Shown here one piece after another: positions 63,801 to 64,000 of a stretch of DNA of 64,000 bases. The translations under genes and the position numbers were made by a program. The DNA comes from Perna viridis (lineage: Eukaryota). Location: NCBI GenBank assembly GCA_037379345.1, contig CM074517.1:9982001-10046000 (forward strand), read 5' to 3'. Below the pieces are notes generated by a model. It was given only the letters and a program-made list of their open reading frames with translations, was not told the DNA's origin and ran no database searches. Numbering within the stretch: the first letter of the stretch is position 1; each line of letters opens with the position of its first letter.

Positions 63801-64000
63801 TATCTGAGATTTTCTCTTTTTTGTACTTTTCATTTCTGTATTACTACTTGTTCAACAAAACAATACAGTTACTTTTGATCACCATTTTGAAATAAGTTTG
63901 CATCAAACATGAACAACTTTAAAACCTTAGTTTTAATACCATCCCTCTAGAGTAAAAATACCTGTGAAACTTTACATTCATTAAGTTCATAACTGCAAAT

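Overview
AT-rich, visibly CpG-poor animal DNA; the repeat content suggests a mollusc, probably a bivalve (inference). The window holds the 5' part of one minus-strand gene of the tau/MAP2/MAP4 microtubule-associated protein family. A giant ~5.3-kb exon (17058-11770, ATG at 17011, 1747 codons) encodes an acidic projection domain with internal repeats and a basic tail. It splices in phase to three small exons missing from the ORF track (7640-7546, 1760-1679, 1277-1192). The last encodes a tau-type microtubule-binding repeat (SRIGSLDNARHVPGGGQ), and the gene continues beyond position 1. The remaining ~47 kb (17.1-64 kb) has no credible protein-coding gene and reads as intron or upstream sequence. 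It contains a Penelope-like (probably Naiad-clade) RT remnant with a structured 3' RNA element plus two more copies of its 3' end, an L1/Tx1-type LINE tail, several MITE families, a decayed tRNA-type SINE and about ten mostly unrelated 30-60 bp minisatellites. No CRISPR array, rRNA or intact tRNA was found. Best leads: the giant-exon tau architecture with a 47-aa S-T-P repeat and an SxIP motif, the multi-helix RNA in the retroelement 3' UTR, and a MITE family showing stages of minisatellite growth.
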